From: Leucoraja ocellata
Lineage: Eukaryota
Direction of reading: 5' to 3'
Length of the DNA: 64,000 nucleotides
Assembly: GCA_036785375.1 (NCBI GenBank)
Contig: JAWMAR010000143.1
Location: 3,720,001-3,784,000 of the forward strand
Shown here piece after piece: positions 37,579-52,029 of this stretch (within the stretch, counting starts at the first letter, position 1; each line of letters begins with the position of its first letter). The notes below the pieces were generated by a model. That model searched no databases and was not told the DNA's origin. It was given only the letters and a program-made list of their open reading frames with translations. Both the position numbers and the translations under genes were made by a program.

Positions 37579-38093
37579 TAGGGTTGGCTACTTTCTCACT
37601 CATAAGGGGCAAATGGTCAAAACAAGGGACAAATTCCCGACGGTGATTCGTTGACCGACTTGGCCGTGGTTGGGTGAATGATGAGTTGGCCAGGGTGCTG
37701 GTCTGCACACAAAGCCCAGCTAGCGGGCCAGCCGAGGAATTTTGGCCCACACGATGTCGCATGCAAAGTCCGACACCCCATCCAACTCGTCAACCGATGA
37801 TCGGCTATGAGAAGGAGGGGTGGTGGTGTCGGCGGTAAGCGAAGGTCCGAAGGTCGGACAGCTGGCCGGGCTGCCGACCGACGGGGCATGGGCAAGGCGC
37901 AGCTACTGCACTCTATGGGCTGCACTACGTCGGGACGGGCGAGGCGGGGCTGGACGTGGCGCTCCGACCCGACAGTCCCCTTGACCCAAGTAGTAGCAGT
38001 CAAATACGGGACAAGGGCGGTCCCGTATGGGACATACCAAGTTAGCCCAATATATGGGATGTCCCGGCTAATATGGGACAGTTGGCAACCCTA
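37579..38093. mobile_element. Non-autonomous hAT DNA transposon (Tip100/Blackjack-type ends)
   Basis: TIRs TAGGGTTGGCTACT and AGTTGGCAACCCTA. 8-bp flanks CTGGTGCT and GTGGTGCA match 6/8. Subterminal TAYGGGAY repeats. Confidence 0.75.
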
Positions 38094-39609
38094 GTGGTGC
38101 ATTACACCGGAAATATGTCAGGCGTGCACAGAAGCACCTGGTCCAACTTATTGATCGACACCTGGAAATGATCTTTCTCCCAGTTAATTTCAAATGAAGC
38201 TGAAATTAGATTGCTTTACACTTTATGGGTGCCATGTGATCTATTTTCTCAGCTCATACACTATAGTATTTATATCTGTTGTTTTAATTAACATTGCTTG
38301 AAATTGCATTATTTATTCCCTAATATCCCACTGGCAGTCAGGAGGGGTACAATGCAGCATTGTGTTAATGTTAACCTTAGTGCAGTAATGATAGTTTCAC
38401 AGCTGTTTTAGAACATGTGTGTTTAGGTTGCAATGTGTTAAAGACACCAGTGGCACTTGTCATAATGAAGAATGAATCTTTCAACATGTTGTGGCTGAAA
38501 AGGCTGAGTAAAGTGGTTTATGGCAGGATTGTTTGTCCCACAGACCATGGGGTTAATTAGAGGTTACCATTGCCTCACCCCTTCCCTTGTCTCCTCCCCC
38601 AGCTTGGAGCACAACAGGACTCCGAGCAGTCAGTCTGCAGTCATGACTTTGACCTACAGCTGACAGATGATACTACATAGAAAAATATAAGTTTCCTTTA
38701 CCCTTGGTGCATCGCCATACATACTAAGAGTTTGTCATCATTCAGGACTCGGGTGCATATTATATGTTGTTTATTTAAATATGATTTTTGATTATACAAA
38801 TGTGTGCACTTCAGCTAGCATATATAATGTGAAATCATGTGAGAAAACTTCTTTAAAGTTGTTTATTCTCTCTGTTTGAGGCATATTTGATTTCTTCTAT
38901 AATGTTTCCTATTTCTGCGCATTGACTTTCATTAATGTATACAGATGTAGATTATTACAATCAGATGTTTATATGTTGGTGTCGCTTGAAATATGTGAAC
39001 GTAGATGTTGATACAAGTAAGTACAGTATTAGATGGCTGGTGGCGCCTCATTTGGGAGTCTCTTGACTGTTAGCTTGCTTTGGAAACTCAACTCAGAGAA
39101 CCACCAATAGCCACAAAGAAAATGCAAAGTTTTTCTGCATGTTCCTGCAATATTTAAATAGTTTTAGTTTCAGAAATGTTGAAATAAAGAGCAAATATTT
39201 CATAGAGTACCATTGATGCATTTACTAACTTCAGAAAAATGTTTTGTGAAACCGCTGATTTGAGAGCATTGTCCTCCTTGAACCTGTTGAACTGCGGTTT
39301 TACTTGGTTAGATTTTGCGCCTCATGAGGACAATTCTCATGTGGTTCTGTTTGTGGAGATTTGACTGTTATCCGTCTTTAAGAATATTACAGTGCAATAA
39401 TGTTTGCACGTTAGTAATATTAATCACTTGTAGATATTAAAGAAAATTAATCCTTATTTAGTGGCATTTGGAATTAACTATTTGATGACTGCAGGGATCC
39501 ATTTGTTTATATCAAGGGTCATTCTGCAACAGTCTAAAACCTGGATGGTCATGGTAATACTCTTTCACTGTCTTCCATGCAAAAGGGAAGTTGAGAAGTT
39601 CTTCAGCTT

Positions 39610-39705
39610 TAAGGGCCTGTCCCACTTGGGTGTAATTTGCGCGTCATGCAGATGGCGCGCGCGGGTTCTGTACATCCCAAAATCCTGGGGCTCGCGCGCG
39701 ACCTG
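39610..39705. mobile_element. One end of a probable PIF/Harbinger-like MITE
   Basis: ttAAGGGCCTGTCCCACT start and CpG-rich body. A related end taAAGGGGTTGTCCCACT occurs at ~50254. No partner TIR found. Confidence 0.4.
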
Positions 39706-41782
39706 AGTCTACTCATTCCCGAGTCTAATACATGAGTCTCCTCATCTTCCCAAAGGGATTAAGCCTTCTGATGGTCCATGATGACAATTTCAATCACTTT
39801 GCCGCTTTAATTTAACTTAAGTTTTCTTTTAGGAAGGGAATTCATAGCCAAAAGAATAAGAAAGTTGACTCAGCACCATCTACAACTGCTGAATGTTCTC
39901 CGAAGCTTGCACTTACAGAGCAATGGCAAGTTAAATGCAGAGTACAGCGGATGGAGTCCTCTGAGACCTACAGACCGTACTTCCTCCCTTGTATAAAGCT
40001 AAAACTATAGAGCTAAAAAGCACACATACAAATCCACCACCATAGAATGCTGTTCATAATTCCCATTTTTTTTTCCTTTTTACAAGTGAAGGTTGTGAAA
40101 AATATATCTCTCTCCCACTTCACTTTAAGTCTCACCACTCCTCACCCTTTATATTTTAAAATTTCAGTTCCTCGCTCAGGGTAGTCACCTGCATGCGAAC
40201 CGAAAATTCTACATCTTATTATCCCACTGAGGTAGTCAGTGGCCACATGGATGGAACTACTCCCAAGGCTGTGCAGTGTGTGTTTTCATTTTCACTGAAA
40301 TAACCATGACCATAATGATCTCTATCACCTGCTATTGCCCCTTTTCCTCCATTCTATACTCTGAATCTCCTTCTCCTCCTTTTCATTTCTTCCCTCCTCA
40401 ATGAAGAAGAAGACCCTCTTACCCTTCTACACCTGCCCAATCAATTTATTCTTCACACCTTGCCAGCACCTACTTGCTCTGTCCATCTATTGGTGTTGGA
40501 ACTTTTCTTGCTCATTTCTAAATCCTACTGGAGCTGACTACTGGGCTTTACCATTGCTGCAGCCCAATAACTATTGTGTAAGAGTGATTGGTTAAGAATT
40601 AATCTTTATTAAAAGTGATGAAGATATCCAACAGCATAGTATGCACAATGACAATGCTCAAGCACTGATTCAATTCAGTGAGTTTTTAGTACATGTCTGG
40701 AGTACTGGAACCATTATTTATTGCAGGAGGTTATTTTATTGGTTTGGTAGAACCAACTGGTAAATTTCCCGATGCCTGCCTGTAGCCACAAACACCATAG
40801 ATAATTAGAATACATTTACTGTTTTAAATCCATTAGTTTATTAAAGGTTGTTACAATCACCTTCAAGAAATGTGTTGGATTCTTTATAACATTTAAGAAA
40901 TGCCAATAACTTTAGTCCAAAAATCACAGATGCTCTCAACAGTTGGACGTACGACAATCCTCAAAATGTTGCACTTTTAATAGTAGTATTTTGCGTTATT
41001 TGAATAACTAGATTTGAGAAATAAGATGTGAGTAAGTGAACCTAATGGGAGAGACATTTGCCTTTTTCACAAAGCCACGGACGGAATTGCTTGGTGGAAT
41101 TTACTGAGATCTTGTTTGGTTTATGACAGATGTTAACGATTTTCCTCTCCCTCTCCCACCCCTCCTCACATGCAATAACTTTGGATATTGATGCGATTAG
41201 ACCATAACAACTCTATAAAGCTATAACTCATTTCACATCAGACAGGCAGTATGTTTTTAGAAGATCAGAAGGGTGGGCAGTGTGTGAAATTCTTGATGTT
41301 TGAGTTGAGGCCCCTTATTGAAACTAATTCGCGGAAATTCATCTGTTGACACTACTGCATACTGATACTAAACTAACAATATAGGAAGCCATTCCGCTCC
41401 CCAGCTCTGAAGTGTTCATTTTAGTGTGCACAAAGTTCAAACTCTGCTCCAAAACCTAAAAAAAACCATCTGGGAGTTTACAGCTCCACATTGACTAACA
41501 TCATCAACAGCTCCATTTCAGTACTTGGGAGATCGTACATGTTATAATTTAAATTCTAAATTTCAGTATCTTGGTTCTGTAGCTTGAAATATTTTTTTTG
41601 GGGGGAAAAATAATCGGTTTGAAACAAGTGCCTCCCCTTGCCATTTTCTTGAACTTGCCAACTGCTTTTCCTCAAACGAAGAGATTTCTGTATGGACGAG
41701 TAAGAGATTTTAAATAAATGTGGAAATCATTGAGTAATTTTAGTTAAACAAGCAAATGCAGATTCAGATTTACAAAAAAAGA

Positions 41783-41948
41783 CACTAAGTGCTGGAGTAC
41801 CTCAACGGGTCAGGCAGCATCTCTGGGGAACACGGATAGGTGACGTTTCGGGCCGGGATCATCTAAATAAGGGTCTCGACCCAAACGTCACTAATCCATG
41901 TTCACTAGAAATGCTGCCTGACCCGCTGATTTAATCCAGCACTTGAGT
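41783..41948. mobile_element. Palindromic head-to-head pair of Penelope terminal units
   Basis: ~78-bp arms at 41783-41860 and 41871-41948, roughly 80% reverse-complementary by eye. Confidence 0.7.
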
Positions 41949-42654
41949 ACTTTTGGTTATTGAGAAAAGATATGAGAAGAGGAAAATGCTACATAGGGTA
42001 TGTGGAAAAATGACAGGTTACTATTACTTCTGAAGCTAGAGGTAATAAAATGTGATATGTTTGTAACCTTATTCTGTTGAAATAGGAATCCTCTGTGGGA
42101 TCATTTTAGAATCGCTGTTGGACAGAACATTCTTGACCCAGGCAGTGCTTAGACTGCATGTAACCTTCAAGACTACAGTTACCATTTTCTGTCTTGGGGG
42201 ATCTAATCACACTCAGGACGTTGCTTCGGAAGCCGCCCTGCGGATGCTGCTGAGGCCTCAGGTGGTGGATCCAAAGCTACTGCTCCAGTGCTGCCCCAAT
42301 GGCCTTCTGACAGCTTGTGCTAACTGTCTCTGTATATCTGATAGAAACAGTTTAAATACATTTAAATTATCTAAAAAAGGGAAACATTCTTGAGTTTAAA
42401 GGCACATCTTGCCTAAAGTTGATTTTAATTGAAATATGGAAAAAACAAACCACCTACTTTGTTATCCAGCTTGAATGGGGTTGTGCTAATTATGACAGCC
42501 GAGACTAGCAAGAAGATGTGGGATCAGATACAATGATGGCCAATGGGACTGAGCTGGGCTAGCATCTAATCACCGTTGCATCTGTACTGCTGTCCTGTAA
42601 TGCTAAAGACATGACAATTACTGAGAGCTGGATGGACTGCTGTTGCATACAGAA

Positions 42655-43125
42655 TGGTCCAGAGGAGGTTTACAAGATGATTTCAGGAATGAGTGGGTTA
42701 GCATATGATGTGCGCTTGACAGCACTGGGCCTCTACTCGCTGGAGTTTAGAAGATTGAGGGGGGACTTCATTGAAACTTAGAGAATAATGAAAGGCATAG
42801 ATTGAGTGGATGTCGAAAGGATGTTTCCACTGGTGGGAGAGTCTAGGACCAGGGGTCATAGCCTCAGAATTAATGGACGCTCTCTTAGAAAGGAGTCTAG
42901 GATGAACTTCTTTAGTCAGAGGGTAGTTAATCTGTTGTACTCATTGCCACAGTGGGCTGTGGTGGCCAAGTCAGTGGCCTATTTTTTAAGGCAAAGGTAG
43001 ACAAATTCTTGATTAAAATGGGTTTTGGGGAGATGGAAGCAATATGGGACTTGGAGGCAGAGATCAGCCATGATTGAATGGTGGAGTAGACTCAATGGTC
43101 CGAATGACCAAATTCTGCTCCAATA
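42655..43125 (+). mobile_element. CR1 ORF2 end and 3' UTR
   Basis: ORF 42806..43000 gives VERMFPLVGESRTRGHSLRI...FFSQRVVNL. Confidence 0.88.
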
Positions 43126-45557
43126 ACTTGTGTACTTGTGACCCACAGTGCAGTATGATCTGACCTTGTGACTCTTGAAAATGTACACATGATGGTTTCA
43201 GGAAACTGCGCATGCTTGCTTATGCTGGAATTGTGCTGCCAGTCAAATTAGTTTTGGCAGAGGTGCATAGAAGAATCTGGTGTAACCTTTACCTCCCTTG
43301 TGGTTACTGGAAGCAATGTGGCGTGGCATGGCATACTAAAATGTGAAGAGGAGAATATTTGCAAGCAGCAGATCTGCAGATGAATGCAGTTGGCATTTTG
43401 TTGTGCACTGTATTTCTTTAATTTTATCTTTCCTTAAATTTTTGGACACAATCTTTTGCCTTTGGACACAACTCTTTTGGCTGCTGCCGTTAAGTAGTTT
43501 ATTGCAACCTGCATATTGAATAGTTCTGTATGTTCACCTGTATTTCTACTTAGACAGTCATACTCCCTTTCTTGAGCTTTTTTATGATTCATCTGAGATA
43601 GTTCTGATGAATCTCATGCATGTGTTTTCTTCAAATCAAGGACATGCTGTCTGAGACCAGTATAGCCCTACTCCAAGAATTAGGCACAAGGGTTTTGGTG
43701 CTTTTGGAAATGAGAAAAGCAGCTGTGGAACGCATACCTGTCCCATTACATGATGAGTAACTGCTTCAGAAAGCTATTTAAGTGATTATTTCATTGAATC
43801 TAAAATGGTTTCAACTGAAAAACCTTATGGCTTACTGTGAAAGCACCAAGATTTTAACATCCTTTATTAATTTCAAAGTACCTTCCAAATAACACAGTTT
43901 TCTTGAAAACATTCCTTCCCATTTTCATTTAGTTTAATTGCTTAGATGTTTTTGTGAACTTTATAATTTTTTAAAATAAATGGCCTTGGGCTCCTGCAGC
44001 AAAATTATGCTGGTACTTAGATGCTCCTCAATTAATAATGCAAGGTTTAACTCACTGTTGTGAGGTCACATAGATAGGATAAGCTGCTTTATACCTGTAA
44101 TTAAAAGAAGATTCTAAAATCCAATCTTCCCCACCCCCCACCTCTGAGAGGTGCATATGCCACTTTTGTGCACTGCTCCATCTAGCGGGCTGACAAAGAA
44201 CTGACAAAACTCGCTTATTTTTTATCAGTGATCCACCTTGGCAGTTGAACTTGCTATCATCTGGTTGGACAGTAAACAAAAATATTGAATTTTTCCTTCA
44301 TGCTGTCATAAATGTGAACTGTCTCATATTTACCCATAAGTGGAGCAGGAATGTGCAAAGTCTATCATTGCGACAGCTGTGAATTTGAAATGTACAGTTT
44401 CTAAAGAACTTCATTTCATATTTTTTCTACTTTGCATGATTACCTCGATCTCATTCTCTGCTATTAAGCAGATTGTGCCTGTTTACGAAAACAATGTTAA
44501 CGGTGGCAATTTTAATTTTCTTTATATTTGTACTGTCTGTCAAGCTGATCTAAATGCATTTTAATCCTAACAAAAGGCAAGGAAGGAAAGGCCTTTTGAA
44601 AATTAAACTATATTAAATGGAATTACACATCTATACTTGGACAATCTCATGTCATCTGTGCAGACCTTTGCACCCTACAGATGGTTTCTGCATGCATAAT
44701 GAATTATTTTAATGACACTGGGAGGCTTTCAATGTTCCCTAATTTCCCACATGGTCCATAAATGACCACTGTAATCAGTTGAAGTTAACATGGAGAACAT
44801 GGAATGTGTGCTTGTTACACAGGATCCAGAGACTGGAAAAGGCCATTGTGGAATGATTTTTTTTCCCCTCAGCATGTGTTCATTATTTATTCCCTGGCAT
44901 ATCCATTTGAATGACAGTGAATTATTGCAGACGTTTGTATGGATAATGCAAAAGATTATCATCTGCTGGAATGAGATACCATCTTGAAGCAACCTTCTTA
45001 TTCCAAACTGGATGAAAGTTTCTATTGTGTGGCTGTGGCACATTAAATGCATTCTTCAAGCACAGTCTCTGATAAATTAGTCAAGCTAATACTGCAAGTG
45101 AATTTAGTGTTGACTTGAAGAGTTGAACTTTGCTGAAAGACAACCGCGAATGTTCTGCAAAGAAAATTACATGCAGCTGAAGGATGCTGCTTTGAAATAA
45201 TTAGAAGGTATCTTTCACCACCTGAAAGCTACCTCATCTGTTTTGTTTTCTCATTCTCCAGATATCTCCAAGACCATACAGTGCTCCTCAATTTAAACAC
45301 AAAGGAAGTATGTTTTCTGCCATTCTTACCCTCTGTCAGAGAGATCCAAGTGGACTGATAAACCACTTTGGCTCTTTTCATCCTTATAGATATTGCTGGT
45401 ATTAATTGTCTATAATTTATTCATTTTGCTGGCAAGGTCTGGAGAAAATGTGGAAACCTGACTTCTAGCAAAGGTACCCTACAATGTTATAGAAGGAAAA
45501 ATTCCAGGATTTAGATCCAGCGATACCTTTGAACCAACAGTGTACATCAAAATCAAC

Positions 45558-45668
45558 ATAAATAGACAATAGGTGCAGGAGTAGGCCATTCGGCCCTTCG
45601 AGCCAGCACCGTCATTCAATGTGATCATGGCTGATCATCCCCAATCAGTACCCGGTTCCTGCCTTTTT
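45558..45668 (-). mobile_element. CR1 3' tail
   Basis: Reverse complement of 28725-28835. Confidence 0.8.
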
Positions 45669-45679
45669 GGCAGGAACAC

Positions 45680-47000
45680 GACTTGGTGGCAAACTTGCAG
45701 GTAGTAGTGATCCCATGTGCCTACTGCCCTTACCTTTTTTGGGTAGTAACGACTGGATGTTTGAGTGGTGATTTTAGAGTAGCCTCGGTGCCACAAATGG
45801 ATGGGATACTCTGCAGCCATGGTGCACCACTGGCAGAGGGAACACATATTTAGCATGGTAGATGGAATGTCATTCAAGTGGACTGCTTTTCTGAGATCAT
45901 ATCACACATTTTTTTTTTTTAATTGTATTTTTATTAGAAGTACAGTAAATTACAATAATACACATCAGATATATCTTATTACATTTGTTGTACCACTTTG
46001 GTTATCGAGCTGTAAAAAAGATAGAAATAAAAGTAGTAAGGAAAGTGAGCAAGAATCGTGAAGGTGCAGGAAAGTGTTGGGAAAAGAAAGCCCCTTAGGG
46101 AGGAAGTTAGAGAAGGAAGTAAAGAAAGGAAACAAGCCCCTAGAAAGAAAAGAAAAAAAAGGAAAAACAATTGCTGTATAGTAACACAAAACTCGCAAAA
46201 AAGGATATAGCAACCATGTTTTTTTTTTTTTAATTTATTTTATACCCCCCGTTACCAGATCCTGGTACCATTTATATTTTAAATTACTATTGCACCTTAT
46301 GCTTGTAATAGTTCCATAAATGCAGACCACGTCTTTTGGAAGTGGTCTGCTTTGCCTGCTAGGAGGAATCTCATCTCTTCCAAGTGTAGTGTTTCGAACA
46401 TGTTTGAAATTCACATTTTTATTGTTGGTATTGGAGCATTTTTCCACAATTTGAGTATAAGCTTTTTTCCCATTATTAGCCCGTAATTAAGTAATATCAC
46501 ACATCTTAACAGTTGTCTGAGCAGGTAAGTGAAGAGCAATTTATCCCAGATCTAACTTGTGCCTGTGAGGAGATGAGTTATTCACCGGCAGATATATCGC
46601 CTATGTCCTGCTTTTATAGACAAGGTATTTCTATGGCTCGTCTGCTTAAGTTTCTGATCAGTGGTGATCCTAGGATATTGGGGCATCCCATGTTGGAAAT
46701 GTCCAAGGTAGCTGATTAAACTTGCTCTTATTGGAGAAGGTCTTTACTGAGCTCTTTTGTGGTGGATATGTTTCTTTCCACATCAGCTCATGCCTGGATG
46801 TTGGTTAGGTCTTGCTGCATGGATTGCTAAGGAGTTGTGAAAATTGTGCAATCATCAACAAACATCCCCACATTTAACGTAAAAGTCATTGATGAACTAG
46901 CTGAAGATGGTGGACCTAGGACATTGTCCTGAGGAACTCTTGTACTGATATTTTGGGGCTGGGTTGATACCATACTTGGTCAAATTCCACCTTGGTGTCA
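45680..47000 (-). mobile_element. Old CR1/L2-group LINE RT fragment, split by an L1
   Basis: Minus strand at ~46840-46945 gives VPQDNVLGP...FIND and VGMFVDDCT (FADD-like motif). Confidence 0.6.
45910..46493 (-). mobile_element. 5'-truncated L1-clade LINE with poly(A) and 11-bp TSD
   Basis: LNYGLIMGKKLILKLWKNAPIPTIKM...LHLEEMR...TWSAFME is related to the L1 at 15249. TSD ATATCACACAT at 45899-45909 and 46494-46504. Confidence 0.88.
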
Positions 47001-47963
47001 AGGACCGTCACTTTCAGCAAGCTTTTGAATTTAAGTCTGGTTGCACTTAAACAGTCCTGTGATCTGGAGTTGGGTGTTCCAGTCGAAATCCAGGCTGGCA
47101 TTGATGCATCTCTTGCCCGCAAGTCAGTATGCAACCAGGCATCGTAATGAGGTTGTGAGTAAAATTCTGTGGCATGGCTAGTATGAGGAATACCTCTCAC
47201 TTTGCACAGTTAATTAGGCCTGGTGCTGATTCGCTGAGCCCAAGTCCAATGCCTATGTCAATGACAGCCACTCAATCCATTTTATTCTTTCTCACACTAT
47301 CACAAGTTGATTATAAGGAGAGTATGTTGTCACATATAAACGAGACCATGCAAGGATATGTAGATTTACATTCCTGTTGGGCATTAGTGCGGCATATCGG
47401 CTTTTATGATAATCCAGCCGCTTCTATAGCCATGAGTACTAAGACTAGTGGCAGCAAATAGTGAAGGATATAAATAATGGGAGTCAAACCCTTCGGACCA
47501 GAATGCTCATGAGAGGTCAGAGGTGGGAGTTGCTATTTATTATTTTCCATAAGTGTCTTTTCCTGTCACCTCCACAAGTAACCTCAGACACTTCTCTGTT
47601 CTATGCACCCAATATCACTAACATCATAAAATTGCAGTTACTTACAACCTCAAGGTCCCTGCATCCTACAAACATACTATTTTTGCAAGCTTCTGAACCT
47701 CACTTCATCTATTTTGTGCACACAGCATGCTATTAATCTTTGATAGTCACATTATCCACATAGGTCCCTTCTTTCCTTTCTCTTTCAGACAAAGTGGAAT
47801 GCAATCATGCACAGCAGAAGTAACTGGAGGAGGGGCAAGCACATCTGCAAGGTGTAACTTATTTGGTTGACAGGGTGTTGCCCATTATTGGGACAACTGT
47901 TGCTGAGGTCATGGTGATTGGCCATTGTGCTATGATATCCTCATAGCTAACTTACAGCTTGGC

Positions 47964-48246
47964 AGTTTAGTTTAGAGATAGAGCACGGAAACAGGCCCTT
48001 CGGCCCACAGAGTCCGCACTGACCAGCAATCCCTGCACATTAACATTACCCTACGCACACTTGGGACAATTTACTTATACAAAGCCAATTAACCTAAAAA
48101 CCTGTATGTCTTTGGAGTGTGGGAAGAAGCCAAACATCTCGAAGAAAACCCACTTGGTCTCCGTACAGACAGCACCCGTAGTCGTGATCGAACCCGGGTC
48201 TCTGGTACTGCAAGCGCTGCAAGGCAGCAACTCTACTGCTGCACCA
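47964..48246 (-). mobile_element. HE1-type V-SINE
   Basis: Reverse-complement homology to 20547-20865. Confidence 0.85.
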
Positions 48247-50566
48247 GCACGCAGTCCACCATGCCGGCACTTCTTCTATCTCACCTCCCCCACCACTGTC
48301 CTTCACCCCTCTTCCAGCAAAGGGGAATATAATGCCATTAGCTTCTTTTGAACAGGGAAACCACATGAGCTCATTTCATTAATTGGAGAAAAAACTGTGA
48401 AAGATAGTGAATACCTTCAGATCCTGTTTTAAAAGTGTAATACAGATCATTGCCACAGGCATCCTGATAGCCGTGGGCATCGATATTCGTCCCCTGCTCT
48501 CAAGTGCATTGACGGCTGCAGCAGATCTCAAGTTGAGAATACATGCCTTTAAATATGACCTGCAACACGAGGCAATACTTGCTGTGATTCACCTGGGAGT
48601 TTTGCTCCCTGAACATTCTGAGCAGACGTGTTTTCCGGCTCTTCGTCCCTACCACTGCCTAGTGTCTCCACTACCATTTGTCATATTCTGCATATCTTCC
48701 GCATATTCTGCAAGTTAATTTTGTGTGCAGAGGGGGAAAGACAAAGAGAGGTTGAAAATACAGGTTTATCAAAAATGTAAAATATTAACCTATCATTTCT
48801 CTTTTCAATGCTCTTGAAGCCTCTATTATCCTTCAGATTATTGTTTATGACCAGGTAACCGATAGGTTATTGCAAAACAATCGTAAATTTTTTGCAGAAG
48901 ATATTTTTTGCTAGTCGTCATTATTTAGCAAAATGTGGTAGTTTAGATGAAGAATCTATGGTTTGACTTTTCAGGAAAAATGATCTAAAACCAAAATTGG
49001 TAGAAAAATTTGTATCAAGATATGTGAATTTCCAAACCTTTGTAACATGGAAAAAATGATGAATGGCAAGGGGCACTGAAATCTGTTGACAAAACAATTG
49101 ATTGTAAATTTGAAGGATTTATTTTCCTGGATCACTATATGAAGCAGAAATTTCACAAGTTTGGTCTTGATGCAATTCACAGAGAAATTCCATAATCATG
49201 TCAGCCAGCCAAAATTCTATTGTAATAAATCATGTACAGCAGGGATTATTTCATATGATAATTAAAAATAATCACATCTGCAGTTATGTAGGCTTTAAGC
49301 TATGGAACATGTGTTAAATGCAATTTGTTCGGAAAGGAATAATCTATGCATGGTGTCTTTTTATGTACATTATAAGAACTATTCAAAATAAAATCTGATA
49401 ATTTTTGAATATTCATATTTCTTTTTTACCTTGTACTATGCAACTAGTTGTCCTGTGGCCATTCCATCTTTAGTTTATTTAACAGAGAATAATGCCCATC
49501 TAAAAGTCCATTTAAAGCACAGTGTGAGCATTCCTGTATACTGTTTTTAACTCGTTCACACAGCAACTTAGTTATTGAACTGCAAACACAAATAAAACAT
49601 TTACAACTATCAGAGAGAAAAGGTAAGCAATTAATACTCTCATCTAATTTTTTTGATTTTCACTCGAGTCCATGGTAATGTTTCTGGTTTTTTTTGGAAT
49701 ATGCTGTAGTAATTGTAGGCAAGGTTAATCATTTGGAAATTGACGGCATTGATGATGTTGAAATATATGCAGCTATAATGCTAACCCTAATCCTATGTCG
49801 TTCTGCCTACATTACTGTTCATCCACCAAGCATCATAACAAATTTAATTCTTGATTATTGACGTATTTATGGATAAGTTGTGCATTCCGAAGGTATACAT
49901 TTCTTTGCCTACACGATCACCTGTAAAAGTGTAATGCATTTAAAATCTTTTGCAGAAGTGCTGCCCCCATCCTAATTAAGGTATATATTGCGAAATTCAT
50001 ATTCGCAATGCACTTCTAAACTTGATTGTACTTTGTTTCTGTGTTTGTAAATAAGGCTGTCAACCATTAGCATGCATTACACTGACGAAGGGATTGTGAC
50101 AAATGAGAACTGTCCTATATCCAAGATCACTGTGATATTATGCGATTTTAGTCCTCCTTCCTTTCTTTCTGTGAAGGTTATTGCCAACTAAGCTACACCA
50201 ATATGTGGCATTTCCTGATACTGCGCCGTGGCCATTCTTCATCTGGGTGAGTGTAAAGGGGTTGTCCCACTGCGGCGACGTAATTGGCGAATTTAGAAGA
50301 GTAATGAACGTGATCATGTTTAAGCAGAAAAGTTTGTTGAATTTTTTGATGACTTCTCAGTTGTTTGAATGAGTAGAGGCAGAATTCTGTTTTTATTTTG
50401 GTGAGATTAAATTACTCGGGTCCTTACCTGAGTTCTGAGTTGACTGAGCCCTCTTATGTATTGCCAACTTATCTACTTGGGGTACACCAGAATGAGCTGG
50501 TTATTTTTTAGGTGACCAGCTGACAAAGGATTTTATTTGCAGGCCAGTTTGCTTACCCTTCAGGAT

Positions 50567-50806
50567 ATAGAAACATAGACATAGAAATTAGGTGCAGGAG
50601 TAGGCCATTCGGCCCTTTGAGCCTGCACCACCATTCAATATGATCATGGCTGATCATCCAACTCAGCATCCCGTACCTGCCTTCACTCCATACCCTCTGA
50701 TCCCCTTAGCCACAAGGGCCACATCTAACTCCCTCCTAAATATAGCCAATGAACTGGCCTTGACTACCTTCTGTGGCAGAGAGTTCCAGAGATTCACCAC
50801 TCTCTG
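50567..50806 (-). mobile_element. CR1 3' end
   Basis: atagaaacatagacatagaaattaggtgcaggagtaggccattcgg...ttccagagattcaccactctctg. Confidence 0.85.
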
Positions 50807-51544
50807 TATATACTCATCCTTCCACCATTTTGATCAAATATTTGCCAATATCAATGCAAACTAATTGCTATGCTGTGACAATACAACCCATACCTTTACT
50901 TTGGAGGATTTTCCTTCCATTTCTACTCCCTTCACTCCAAAGATCCTAACCTGCTGCAGTGTAGTCCCATTGCAATCCACTAAGTTAACCAATTGGTCAA
51001 GCATCATGTGCAAACTGGCCCAGCAAGAATCGGCCAGCTGTCTGACAGTGGGAGATATCACAGCTGAGTTTTGTTTTTCCAAATTCTTTTCGACAGGGGT
51101 CACATGATATAATTCAAGAGCTGGTATGCCCTTTCCCCAGGGGCACTGACACCTAACAGTACCCTGAGCTGAAATCTAAGAGATTGTAACAAAACAAATT
51201 GAAGACAAAACCCATTTTTCCAGCATAGTTACCTGGCAATAAGAATTTTATATAAACAAAACATGAAACATTTCTGAATGTTACATGCCAAGCTTTAGTC
51301 CAAGGAAGATATTATTGATTTTAAATTGGGCTATGAAAATGTCAATTATACAACCAAATCCACCTCACATTCATTATGTTGCTTGCTTAAGAATTACAAA
51401 CACTTTTTTGAGTCTTTAACTTGTGCGTTTCATTGTGCCTGAATTTCAGGTCTGTTTCTTTTCTGCCCTTGCTGCAGCAAGTAAATCTCTAAATATTTTA
51501 AAGTCTGTCCCCTGCAGAGGCCCTACTTCCTTTTTACAGTATCA

Positions 51545-51571
51545 GGGGTGGGGGGGGGGGGGGGGGGGTGG
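51545..51571 (+). repeat. Poly-G tract (19 G plus flanking G runs)
   Basis: Directly visible. Confidence 0.9.
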
Positions 51572-52029
51572 AGGTAATCAGGAGCAAAACAAAATAAAAG
51601 AGCCCTTACGTTAAAAATGCAGGGGAAATTTGCACAAAATTAGTATTTGGTAATGCAGATACCAGTATAGTTAACATTTCACTGTGTGGTTCTGGTGTTA
51701 TCCATTTTATGGTGACATCATTCCAACCATATTTGCTGACAAATCAGAGTTCAAGCTGGGTATATTTAGACTCAGTTTATTACATTTAGGTTTGTACAAT
51801 TTACCCCTTTTATTTGTATTAACCTTCACCCCCAAGGAAGACTTCATTATCCAGGGAGGCCTGTAAGGTTTCTGTTTTCTGTTGTATTTGACTTCCCTGT
51901 GAGACCTGCAGCATCAGCTTACTGTAGGAACCAATGCCATTGTCTTGTCTTTGTCGAAAGGTCAAAACTGAATAAAAAGCACAATATCCACCATCAGAGT
52001 ACAAAGAAAGTATTGACTTTCCTAATCCA

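Noticed and set aside
46513-46530. Perfect donor CAG|GTAAGT after a possible 12-nt microexon
   Set aside because: No polypyrimidine tract, lies in an old LINE, and such words occur by chance in long introns.
49487-49622. Possible cryptic or poison exon (ttttaacAG ... AAG|GTAAGC)
   Set aside because: Only splice-like words, with no coding signal or other support.
51545-51571. Functional G-quadruplex
   Set aside because: A plain homopolymer whose length is unreliable in assemblies, with no contextual support.
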